A DNA stretch of 64,000 bases, taken from Octopus sinensis (taxonomy: Eukaryota). The stretch is taken from the NCBI RefSeq assembly GCF_006345805.1, contig NC_043019.1:744001-808000 (forward strand), in the 5' to 3' direction. The position numbers were made by a program, and so were the translations under genes. Shown one piece after another: positions 1 to 11,371 of the stretch (position 1 is the first letter of the stretch; each line of letters opens with the position of its first letter). Below the pieces are notes generated by a model. That model made no database searches. It was not told where the DNA came from and worked only from the letters and a program-made list of their open reading frames with translations.

Positions 1-234
1 AGGTCGTCGATTTCCTACGGATGAAGATAATTACGAAGCGTTGTATAAATGGTTGCACGACTAAACAAAAACCTTCTTGATGGAGGCAATACGCAATCTT
101 GCGACCCGCTGAATCAAATGCATCGAAAACGAAGGAGACTATATAGAAAAATGAGGTACTTGATTATCCCCTGCTTTTGGGTAAATACATTGAAAAAAAA
201 ACAACTCTGCCTTAATTTTTCACTCACCCTCGTA
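1..234 (+). mobile_element. Mariner transposon 3' end with right TIR
   Basis: Degenerate frame GRRFPTDEDNYEALYKWLHD*TKTFLMEAIRNLATR*IKCIENEGDYIEK* matches the mariner transposase C-terminus. It ends in ...cactcaccctcg+TA (reverse complement TACGAGGGTGAGTG, a mariner-type TIR). Confidence 0.8.
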
Positions 235-619
235 CTTAGTGTGAAACTATAATCATTACTATGAAAATTCTTTAAAACACACAACTTTGCATATATCAGT
301 CTCTCCGCTAAGATTTCAAATTCTGCGGACATTGATATTACCTTAAATTCCTTTCAGGGTCACGAGGTGACTATTTTGAAGGAATACTACATAGGTACAT
401 GAGTTATTTCTTATTAAACGTAACCAGTCCAGGAACGTTTTGATACCACATCGTGTGTGTGAGTAAACACACACACACATACACACACAGACATAAAGTG
501 ATGGTTTGTTGCCAACTTAATGTGGAAGTCCCAGTAAAGTGAAGAATGCTACTGCTATTTAGCCCCAGGAAACTACATTTCCAGTTGGTTATGTGACACA
601 AGCTTACAGTGTCCTTATG

Positions 620-721
620 TTTTCAAACAAGGGACGCAAACACATAAGCATCGGTTGACAAGCGATGTTGAGGGTACGAACACACACACACACGCACACA
701 CTCACACACACACACACATAC

Positions 722-784
<63 letters not shown>

Positions 785-1038
785 CATACATATATATATG
801 TATATATATAATATATATATATATATATACATATATATGTATATATATGTATGCATGTATACATATATATATACCACGAGCTACTTTCAGTTTCCGTTTG
901 CCAAATTCACTCACAAGGATTTGGTCGGTCTGAGACAACAGTAGATAACACTTGCCCAAGGTCTCACGCAGTGGGACTGAACTCGCAAGCAAGTGATTGG
1001 TAAACAACCTACTTACCACACAGCCACTCATTCGCTTA
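620..1038 (-). mobile_element. SINE family A (tRNA-like head, internal (TA)n(TG)n), degraded
   Basis: Reverse complement matches full copies at 24123, 39498 and 55614 (gagtggctgtgtggtaag...cttgggcaagtg...gaaactgaaag, then microsatellite, then cgcttgtcaaccgatgct). Confidence 0.85.
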
Positions 1039-1816
1039 TATATCGAACATTTAACAAAAACAACGAACGGAAAAGTTTAGAAAAACGTAACTAACAGAAA
1101 ATTCGTACCTAATTTCTCATAAGTCAACGTCCGAAAGATCATTACAATTTCACCTCTTTAAATACGCGTGTGTATGTGTATGATCGTTCGTTGTTTCAAC
1201 CAATAATCTGTTGTTAAGCTGCGGGCCTTGTAGGCAAATATTCCGTGCCCTGAAGCTTACGTCGATATTGTTCTCACACCTGACCTTCCATGCTCCTCTC
1301 ATTTCCTTCATGTACACTCACTTACTCATACACACAAACACACAGTCTCACACAAGCACACACACACACACATACACACACGCACATACACACACAGTCT
1401 CACACAAACACACACACATTCATACAAAGATATACAAAGACACTCAGTTACACAATGCTGGAGTGTGATAGCAACTGTAAGCATGTAAAAATGTACTTAA
1501 GAGACTGACTCACACAACATAGATATGATATATGCACACCAGAGCTGTGCTAAAAATGACTAAATGTGCGTTAGATTCAATGTATTGAAGGTTTTGCGTA
1601 GGAAATTTAAATTTCTCGATCAATATTTATAATTTCTAAAGAAAGGACGTAAGCAGATTAAATTATTTTCAAATTTATTTAGTCTTTTCACGTTTCGATT
1701 TAAAATCTAAATATTTGTTTATTATACAAATATTTATATCTCGCAGACACAAAATTTTAGCGTTGCGCAAGTAATTTTAATCAATTTGTAGAAAAATTTA
1801 AACACATTAGTTAATT

Positions 1817-2290
<474 letters not shown>

Positions 2291-2749
2291 ATGTGTTGGA
2301 GGCTGTTTCAGTATTTGTGTATACATACACATCACTAAACATATATATATTCTTTATTCTTTTATTTTCTCATACGTTTCAGCCCTGAGGGTGTGGCCAT
2401 GCTGAAGCACATCCAGTGCAATGGTTTTTGGTGAAGGAATGGTTTCGCTATTGCTACCCTCTATGTATGCATGAATATATATACCTGTCTGTGTGTGTGT
2501 GTGTGTCTACGTATGCACGTATCTTTTATCTATGCGAATATGCATACTTGTGTAAGGGGGTTTCGGGGACGTATAAGGATTGCTCGAGTTATTTCCGGAT
2601 TGTGTTTTAAGTTAATGTCACTCTAATCCGGATTTAATCAAAATGCAGGTGTGTCAAATTAAACTCAACTTGAACTTTTACTTTCCGATGTGTGGCACAA
2701 ACACGCACACACACACACACATATAAACACAGTGTTGTGTAATTAAATA

Positions 2750-3134
2750 TGGAAGCAGTCCGTCGGTTACGACGACGAGGGTTCCGGTTGATCCGAATCA
2801 ACGGAACAGCCTGCTCCTGAAATTAACGTGTAAGTGGCTAAGCACTCCACAGATACGTGTACACTTAACGTAGTTCTCGGGGATATTCAGCGTGACACAG
2901 AGAGTGACAAGGCCGACCCTTTGAAATACAGGTACAACAGAAACAGGAAGTAAGAGTGAGAGAGAAAGTTGTGGTGAAAGAGTACAGCAGGGATCACTAC
3001 CATCCCCTGCCGGAGCCTCGTGGAGCTTTAGGTGTTTTCGCTCAATAAACACTCACAATGCCCGGTCTGGGAATCGAAACCGCGATCATATGACCGCGAG
3101 TCCGCTGCCCTAACCACTGGGCCATTGCGCCCTC
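2750..3134 (-). mobile_element. SINE family C (head C + tail C), full length
   Basis: Reverse complement of the 15987-16371 copy; A box TGGCCCAGTGG and B-box-like GTTTCGATTCC. Confidence 0.9.
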
Positions 3135-3153
3135 TTAATTATATATACGCTTA

Positions 3154-3382
3154 GGGCGGCGAGCTGGCAGAATCGTTAGCACGCAGAACGAAATGCTTAG
3201 CTGTATTTCGTCTGCCGTTACGTTCTGAGTTCAAATTCCGCCGACGTCTACTGTGCATTTCAGCCTTTCGAGGTCGATTATATAAGTACCAGTTACGCAC
3301 TGGAGTCGATGTAATCGACTTAATCCCTTTGTCTGTCCTTGTATGTCCCTCTATGTTTAGCCCCTTGTGGGCAAAAAAGAAA
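3154..3382 (+). mobile_element. SINE family B (ggcggcgagctggcagaa head)
   Basis: tRNA-like head with B box GTTCAAATTCC and central box gtcgactttgcctttcatcctttcggggtcgataaa shared with many copies in this window. Confidence 0.9.
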
Positions 3383-3484
3383 TATAATTAAATACACTCT
3401 TACACACGCACATATTTGTCCAGGTTGGTACATATAGTATACATTGACTGAATTTAATTATCTCTCCCTCACTCTCTCGCTTTC

Positions 3485-3770
3485 ACACATGCACACACAC
3501 GCACACACACACACACACTCCTATACACATACATACACACTCCCACTCACACACACATACACATATATGAAAAAACTAACTAAATGCATTGATATGCATT
3601 TTTCATACGTACATACCAACATACAGACAGCCATACATACTTACATATATGCATATACGTATACCTAAAAAACAGACACACACATAAATAAATGCATATG
3701 TATAAGCACACATATATATATATTGCATAGAATATGGACACACACATTCACACACATATATATACATACC

Positions 3771-3824
<54 letters not shown>

Positions 3825-4316
3825 TATATAATGCATAGTATATGTGTATGTATGTATCTATGTATACGTGCGTATGCATATTTATGTATATATGTATATC
3901 TGCTTCCATCTGTATTGATTATATGTGCACGCATTTCGATAGGTATTCACATACGCACATGTACACCTATGTAGCTATCTGTCTATGTATATACTTTGAC
4001 TATGTATACACTTGCAAATATATTCAGGGATTTATTTCTTAATCCAAGGCAATCCATGACAGACTCCCTAGAGATCAGCCTTCTCTGTTTTCAACTTACA
4101 ACTGTATCTCATTTCTTGTTTTAGTGTGATGTATAGAAACTTATCCTGTGAAACAGTTCCAAACCTGTGGAATGCACCATGGAACTTGTACAATATGCAC
4201 ATTATTATTACGAAGTCTACCATCCAAATTGTTAATGTTGTTTCAAGTAATAACTTATAGCGCATGTGTGTATGTGTATGTATATGTCTGTGTGTGTGCG
4301 TATGTGTGTGTATGTA

Positions 4317-4378
<62 letters not shown>

Positions 4379-4428
4379 CATATATATGTATATATATAAA
4401 TATCTATATATATATATACATACATATA

Positions 4429-4459
<31 letters not shown>

Positions 4460-4577
4460 TATATATATATATATAATCATATATTTGAATATATATTTAA
4501 GAAGCACACAATCTAAGATCAGGTCACTTGCTATGCAAGTACATCTCCTTAAATATATATTTATATTTATGTATGCA

Positions 4578-4626
<49 letters not shown>

Positions 4627-4715
4627 ATATATTTAAACACACACACATACACACACATACATATATATATATATATGTACACCTATGGACACATCTATAC
4701 ACACACATATATATA
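3485..4715. repeat. (CA)n/(TA)n microsatellite-rich tracts
   Basis: Directly visible degenerate dinucleotide arrays at 3485-3990 and 4260-4715. Confidence 0.9.
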
Positions 4716-4724
4716 GATGTATGT

Positions 4725-4880
4725 CACTAGCTTCTCTCCCTTTTCGTCTACGAAATCTTTGGTCGACCTGTCGCAACGGTAGAAGATATTTGCCTTGCTA
4801 AAACTGCCACCCAATGGAACTGAACCCGCAACCATGTGGTTAAAAAGCAAACCACTCACCACACACCAACGCCTGCACAT
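4725..4880 (-). mobile_element. SINE family A head, degraded
   Basis: ctgaacccgcaaccatgtggtt...accacacacca aligns to the reverse complement of the family A head. Confidence 0.7.
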
Positions 4881-5546
4881 TTTGATTTTGATTTAAATTG
4901 AAAATTGACTTTAATACAAAGTTCAGCAGGCGCACAGCTTGCGGATATTATTCCCTTAATTATTTTCTCTTAAATATTTCATTGATAATATAAAAGGCCT
5001 CCGGGGAAGTCCTATGTGTTGTTAACTAATCTTCTTATATTTACTTTTATCTTGACAAATCTTATCTTATAAAAAAGATGCCTTAGGTTATAGATGTGTG
5101 TGCTTGCCTACGTGCTTGCATGTGTGTATGAATAAGATTTTGCGGTTAAGTTGTCTATGTAGGTTAAGTTATCTACGTAGGTTGCTTTGTCATGTAACGG
5201 AAGATATGTATGCGTGTGTTAATACTATAGATGTTGCTTAACCCAATGGACTTATAATCTGAAATGTTTAAAGCGCTATCATTTCATTTTCCTGACTCTA
5301 AAACAATCTCGTACTTAGGACTACATTTTTTTGACGTGTCATAAATTTTTAATTTAATACAATAACGTTTAACCTATAAGTGCTATATTTTGCACATACT
5401 GTGTTTGTGAAAGCCTTCGTCTAAATTTATATTACGGTTTAGTTTCACTGCTGTTTAACCCTAGTGCAGATTTTATCAAGCAGCCTTAAGAACGAACATA
5501 TTTTAATGCCGTAACAGTATCGTCTTTCATTTTGACGGTATGTTTT

Positions 5547-5780
5547 GCGGCGTGATTGCAGAAACGTTAGCGCGCCGGGCGAAATGCTTTCCAGTATTTC
5601 GTCTGCCGTTACGTTCTGAGTTCAAATTCCGCCGAGGTCGACTTTGCCTTTCATCCTTTCGGGGTCGATGAAATAAGTACCAGTTACGCACTGGGGTCGA
5701 TGTAATCGACTTAATCCGTTTGTCTGTCCTTGTTTGTCCCCTCTTTGTTTAGCCCCTTGTGGGTAGTAAAGAAATAGGTA
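5547..5780 (+). mobile_element. SINE family B
   Basis: Matches 3154 and 38674 copies through the tail gtagtaaagaaataggta. Confidence 0.9.
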
Positions 5781-5796
5781 TGTCTTGCTTAGTGAA

Positions 5797-6116
5797 GGCG
5801 CATAGTTTAGTGGTTAGGGTATTCGGCTCACGATTGTTAAGTCGTGAGTTCGATTCCTGGCGACACATTGTGTCCTTGAGCAAGACACTTTATTTCACTT
5901 TGCTCCAGTCCACTCAGCTGGCAAAAATGAGTCGTACCTGTATTTCAAAGGGCCGGCTTTGTCACACTCTGTCTCACGCTGAATCTCCCTGAGAACTACG
6001 TTAAGGGTACGCCTGTCTGTGGATTGCTCAATCACTTGCACGTTAATTTCACGAGCAAGCTGTTCCGTTGATCGTATCAGCTGGGACCCTCGTCGTCGTA
6101 ACCGACGGAGTGCTCC
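5797..6116 (+). mobile_element. Chimeric SINE: head D (CORE-like) + tail C
   Basis: Head tagtttagtggttaggg...gttcgattcc...gtgtccttgagcaagacact (resembles the CORE domain) joined to the tail shared with 15987. Confidence 0.85.
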
Positions 6117-7279
6117 TTAATATCTTGGTTTATATGATCCAATGTATCCTCCCCTTTTAAGGCGCTAGAGTCTATTTGAGTAGAATTTGGCAGTCATTTC
6201 ATGTTGATCGACCGACCACATTTCGCGATTAACTTATCTATTAGAATGATGTTCGATTGACACTTGTAACTGTGGTACTGAGGAAACTTGTACATGATAG
6301 AGCATGTGTTTGGACATATTTATGCTTTTTTTTTCTTTTATCTCTAAGTGTATTGCAGGCAGTTTTCCTTTTTATTCATTGTTATACATTTATAAACAAT
6401 AATTCCGAACACCACACTCAAATGCAAAGAAATTTCGATTGAAATGAATAATTAAGAATAAAGTCTCACCTCTTAAAGCTTTGGCATCATTCATTGTAAA
6501 ACAAGGCATGTAGAATACTTTATAAGGTTTCACCACGATCGTAACATATCTGCATTTTAATTAAAATAAAGGTTTCAAATATCAAACTCTTTGTGTATGT
6601 CGTTAACCAATTCCAGGTTAAAGTGTGCTGTAATATCCTGTTGGTAATATATCGTTTCTGTTTCGTCATAAAGTCAACTTTATAATTCTTCTGTTTATTC
6701 ATTAACGGTCAAACAAACGTGATATCTAACGTTAATAATCAAAATCTAAAAGCGATTCATTTTTCTGCAAATATTTTCATTAGCAAAACTATTAAAAAGG
6801 TTACTCATTAAAAATAAGATTACTATGAGAGGTCCTCGATCGATTTCACGGATTAAAAAGTGGGTGAGGGAAAGAGGGAGAGAGAGAAAAAGAGAGAGAG
6901 AAAGAGAGAGGGAGAAGAAGCATTTTAAAAATTCAAATCAGGACACCTTCTGACAGAGAGCATAAAAATCAATAAGTGACACAAACGCAAAGGCTTCATG
7001 GCAAACTGAGAAACCTTCGACTTTGTAAATATTAACTCAAACCAGAAAAAAAAGCAAATATTCATGAAGCATGCAGGAAAATATAAGGCGGTAGAAAATA
7101 ATTTAAATGTGATATGCTCTTCTTTTCGAATATCATTACAGGAAAACACAAAAAATTACTGAAATAAATAAAAACAACACAATAAAGGAGTCACGACGTG
7201 GTCATTCGATTTGCTGGGTATAACAACCAAAATTTCCTTAAGTGACATTCTTCTGTATTGGGAGATAGATTTTTATGTT

Positions 7280-7475
7280 TTTGTTTCAGTCATTAGACAG
7301 CGGCCATGACAATGCACCACCTAAAAGAATATTTAATCGAACGTAACGTCCCCAGTACTTAATTTTTCGAAGCCTAGTATTTATTATATCTGATTATATT
7401 CATTGAACCGCAAAGTTACGAGGATGTAAACACACCGACACCGGTTGTTAAGCGGTGGTAGGGAACAAACACACG
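7280..7475 (-). mobile_element. SINE family A 3' half, degraded
   Basis: ttgtttcagtcat...gcggccatg and gaaccgcaaagttacg...gtaaacacacc match the reverse complement of the family A tail. Confidence 0.7.
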
Positions 7476-7504
7476 CATATGCACACACATACACAAACAC
7501 ATAT

Positions 7505-7792
7505 ATTTTTTATTGCCCACAAGGGGCTAAACATAGAGGGGAGAAACAAGGACAGACAAAGGGATTAAGTCTATTACATCGACCCCAGTGCGAAACTGGT
7601 ACTTTCTTTATCGACCCCGAAAGGATGAAAGACAAAGTCGACCTCGGCGGAAGTTGAACTCAGAACGTAACGACAGACGAAATACCTATTTCTTTATTAC
7701 CCACAAGGAGTTAAACATAGAGGGGACAAACAAGGACAGGTATTAATTCGATTACATCGACTCCAGTGCGTAACTGGTACTTAATTTATCGA
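7505..7792 (-). mobile_element. SINE family B partial dimer
   Basis: Two head-to-tail units joined at gacgaaatacc|tatttcttta; truncated at 7792 by the fold-back element. Confidence 0.85.
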
Positions 7793-7804
7793 CCTGACGT
7801 GATA

Positions 7805-7849
7805 CGCATGGACCCAGGTTTCTGGGTGTTTACCCGTCGTCAGCGCACG
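7805..7849 (-). ncRNA. Minimal type-I hammerhead ribozyme motif
   Basis: Minus strand: cgtgcg CTGACGA c-gggt-aaac-accc-a GAAA cctggg TC catgcg. Canonical core, 4-bp stem II, GUC cleavage triplet. Confidence 0.7.
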
Positions 7850-8016
7850 GCAATCACCGATCTTTGATGTGAAAGGGTCCCAATGCAGATACATATATCT
7901 TTTTTCAAGTGACGAAAAGTCACTGATCTCGAAAGAGTGTAAACAAGCAATAAAATATAGCAAACGGATATATGTATTTGCATTGGGACCCCTTCGCATC
8001 GAAGACTGGTGATTGT

Positions 8017-8061
8017 CGTGCGCTGTCGACGGGTAAAAACTCAGAAACCCGGGTCTGTGCG
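8017..8061 (+). ncRNA. Hammerhead ribozyme motif with A6T core change
   Basis: cgtgcg CTGTCGA cgggtaaaaactca GAAA cccggg TC tgtgcg; stem III is the perfect palindrome ACCCGGGT. Confidence 0.6.
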
Positions 8062-8655
8062 TATCACGTCAAGTCGACGATAAGAAGGATGGCTTCCCTT
8101 TGCAAATACTGATAGGGTACAGAGAGTGTGTCAATACCCAGCTGGAGAAGATGTTCTCCTGGGGCTACAAGCTACAGTAGCATCCACCCTTAGTGGTTAG
8201 CCACATTTAAGTGGCAAATATACTTCACATTGTCGTGCAGCTACTGTTTATACCACGTTCAGAACTCTAATACTATAATTCATTATTTAGATTTCGTATC
8301 TGTACAGATGTTAACTAAGAAACGACGAAAATCGCCTCACGAATAATCATGAATATGTTATAGTTTCATTCCGAGAAGTGTGTCTCATTAAATATGAATG
8401 AATACATTAATCTTAGAACTATCCAACATATTCACACAGTTCTTCCTACATCCTACAGACTTTGCTATCAGCAACACAAATTACAATGTTCAGAATACGT
8501 TAATAGCGATTATATAAACTTAGCAAGGGTACATAAGTTATTTCTTTATTTATTTCCAGTGCATGCATGCATACACACAGACACAGAGAAAGATATATGA
8601 ATGTGTGTGTGCGTGTTTGTGTATGTTTATATATATATATATATATATATAGATA

Positions 8656-8707
<52 letters not shown>

Positions 8708-8789
8708 TATGTACATACATACATATATGCGTGTGTGTATATATATATATATTTATATATATATATACATATGTATATATTTATATATA

Positions 8790-9398
8790 TCATTTCAACA
8801 ATTGAGGGTAAAATTAATTAATTAATCAATTTCACCAAGTATTCAGTATGCAAAGGGACCATTTAAGGCGAATTCAAATTATTACATTATATAAAAGGGC
8901 TTAGTAAAATAAATTACTTTGCCGCATACTGAACTCATTAGAAATAGCAGCTAAAAAAACTTTTTTAAAACTATTTCTAATACATAGTGTTTACTGATTT
9001 TAACCCACGCTGGTGGAAAGGGGAGAGCAGAAATTCTTCGCTTGCATATTTGAGTTTGCTGGCACTGTTAGTTTCGAGCAGATCTTCAGAAGCGAGAAGA
9101 AGCCGAAAGGGTATGCTCCCACTTTCAGTGTTTTCAAATCCAAACCAGGGAGTTCTGAGCTGATGATAGAAGTGTCGAGTTTGACTAATCTTGAAACGTA
9201 CGTTCTCAAATAACCTTTGCATTTGATTTTTTAATGTCTCTACCCCCATACTTTCGTGAGTTGAATTGAGCAAACACTATATGAGAGAGGTTTTCTTTAA
9301 GTATTAGAAATAGTTTTAAAAAAGTTTTTTTAGCTGCTATTTCTAATGAGTTCAGTATGCGGCAAAGTAATTTATTTTACTAAGCCCTTTTATATAAT
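8790..9398. mobile_element. Fold-back element with perfect 98-bp inverted repeat (8886-8983 / 9301-9398) between (TA)n tracts; putative PLE pLTR
   Basis: Arms identical by eye; left arm extends further into a sequence related to 43113 and 54505 (gggtaaaattaattaatt...caccaagta); HHR in the spacer. Confidence 0.75.
9156..9208 (+). ncRNA. Minimal type-I hammerhead ribozyme motif
   Basis: tgag CTGATGA tagaagtgtc-gagttt-gactaatctt GAAA cgtacg TT ctca. Canonical core, palindromic ACGTACGT stem III, stem I tgag/ctca, stem II partly decayed. Confidence 0.65.
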
Positions 9399-9464
9399 TA
9401 GTTATATATATATATATAATATATATATATATATGTACATATATATATTTATATATGTACATAC

Positions 9465-9556
<92 letters not shown>

Positions 9557-9664
9557 AATATACATATATATATATATAGAGAGAGAGGTGAAAAAGATTA
9601 CAGATCTATATTTAAAAAACTATTATATATGAAAAATGGAGGAAGAAATAGCACACAAGTAAAT

Positions 9665-9955
9665 CTAAGACATTTTCAATTTAAGAAGGAATTTAATAAA
9701 AGATGATTTTAGAAATAATATAAAGAAAATATTACTAGTTTCACTAATAAAAATTGAAGAACTGTTTATCTTGTGTCTGGGGGCAAAAAGTTGTTTTTGA
9801 CCCCCAGACACAATATAAACAGTCTTTACTTTGAATTTTTATGAATTATTACAGATATTTAATAAAACGAGATTCGTCACCGAACCTGGTGATATTTTCT
9901 TCATATAATTTTTAAAATTATATTTATGAAATTCCTTTATAAATGGAAATATCTT
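9665..9955. repeat. Imperfect palindrome with near-perfect central hairpin (9761-9789 / 9794-9823)
   Basis: actgtttatcttgtgtctgggggcaaaaa-gttg-tttttgacccccagacacaatataaacagt; outer arms about 70% identical by eye; flanked by (TA)n. Confidence 0.75.
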
Positions 9956-10046
9956 TGACTTACTTCCTGCTGTTTTACGCATATATATATATATATATAG
10001 TATATATATATATATGTATACATATATATACATGTGTGTGTGTGTT

Positions 10047-10109
<63 letters not shown>

Positions 10110-10252
10110 GTGTACAATAAAACACAAGAGAAAACTACCTTTAACAAGTAATTTTTACACGGTAGAAGAAGCAGTCAAAACGACCAAAATCCTATTTAAG
10201 GGCTATTTTCGAAGGGATGGAAAAATAAAAAGTTTTACGTTGTTATTTTTTT

Positions 10253-10325
10253 ACGGTTATATGCCGGTTTCAGATTTCTTTAGCAAATGAAATACTTTGC
10301 TAGGCGAATCCTCATCAGTAACCGT
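10253..10325 (-). ncRNA. Type-I hammerhead ribozyme motif
   Basis: acggtta CTGATGA ggatt...aatct GAAA ccggca TA taaccgt; 7-bp stem I, 5-bp stem II base, stem III decayed. Confidence 0.7.
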
Positions 10326-10936
10326 GCCATAACATTAACATATAACTTAGAGACAAATAACACGTATCTCATCATTATATGTTATAATTTTTCAAAAGTC
10401 ATCGTGCAAGCGCAGTTTCATTCTGCAGTAAACGAAAAATGCTGAACCGGTCTTCGAAATGCTAAAATCATATTCATAAAATATATTGTATGGTGAATAT
10501 TTTTAGAAATTTCACCACCAGTCGTCTGCCATCTAAAATAAAATAACCGTAAGAAAATAACAAGGTAGAAGTTTTTATTTATCATTCCCTTCGAAAATTG
10601 CTCTTAAATGTGGTTTTAGTCGTTTTGACTGCGTCTTCTAGCGCGTAAAATTTACCTGTTAAAGGTTGTTTTTACTTGAGTCTAAATGTACACTATTTTA
10701 TATTGAGAATATGTTGTCTATTGACTTTTTATACATTCTAGGCCACTGGTGAAATTTCTAAGTATATTCGCCACCCTATATATTTTACGAATATGATTTT
10801 ACCATTTCGAAGATTGGTTCGGCATTTTCCTTTACTGGCGACTGAAACTGCGCTTGCGCGGTGAATTTGAAAAATTATAACATATAATGATGAGACATGT
10901 GTTATTTGTCTCTAAATTATATGTTAATGTTATGGT

Positions 10937-11009
10937 ACGGTTACTGATGAGGATTCGCCGAGCAAATTATTTTATTTGGTAAAGAAATCTGAATCCTAGG
11001 TATAACCGT
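10937..11009 (+). ncRNA. Type-I hammerhead ribozyme motif (GAAA>GAAT)
   Basis: acggtta CTGATGA ggatt...aatct GAAT cctagg TA taaccgt; palindromic CCTAGG stem III, predicted cleavage after 11002. Confidence 0.7.
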
Positions 11010-11371
11010 AAAAAATAACAAGGTAAAAGTTTTTATTTTCATTCCCTTCGAAACTTTCTCTTAAATGTGGTTTTGGTCGTTTTGACTGCTTCTTCTAGCG
11101 TGTAAAAATTACATGTTCTACATATATAATTCACATAACCTCTGCAGCGACTCTCTATCCCACGTATCAGCCCCTGCTCTGTTTAACCCATTCAGTTGCT
11201 ACATTAACTTAACTACCAAGATCATTGGTTTAGCATGTGTATTAGTGTTACATATACATATCGACTCCTAAACTAATCTCAATCATATCCAGCTTGATAA
11301 CCTTACCAGGCAGGATCATTTTCAGTGAGTGGATTCCATTTAGTTTCCGATTTACTCAGTTTCATTCATAA

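Larger units (their letters stand above)
7789..8077. repeat. 111-bp inverted repeat (7789-7899 / 7967-8077), putative inverted PLE pseudo-LTR pair
   Basis: Ungapped arms with 14 mismatches counted by eye; each arm carries an HHR motif. Confidence 0.9.
10103..11117. mobile_element. Retrozyme-like / non-autonomous PLE: inverted copy (10103-10518) + direct unit 10544-11002 + terminal repeat 11003-11117
   Basis: 10103-10518 is the reverse complement of 10746-11117 plus an extension; 10544-10659 directly repeats 11003-11117; HHR at both 10253-10325 (-) and 10937-11009 (+). Confidence 0.8.

Noticed and set aside
9055-9100. Minus-strand CTGAAGA tctgctc GAAA
   Set aside because: No stem II pairing and no U at 16.1 next to the candidate stem I.
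8977-9273. 98-aa minus-strand ORF with faint GIY-YIG resemblance
   Set aside because: No GIY or YIG motif; the plus strand holds a better-supported HHR, so the spacer is more likely non-coding pLTR.
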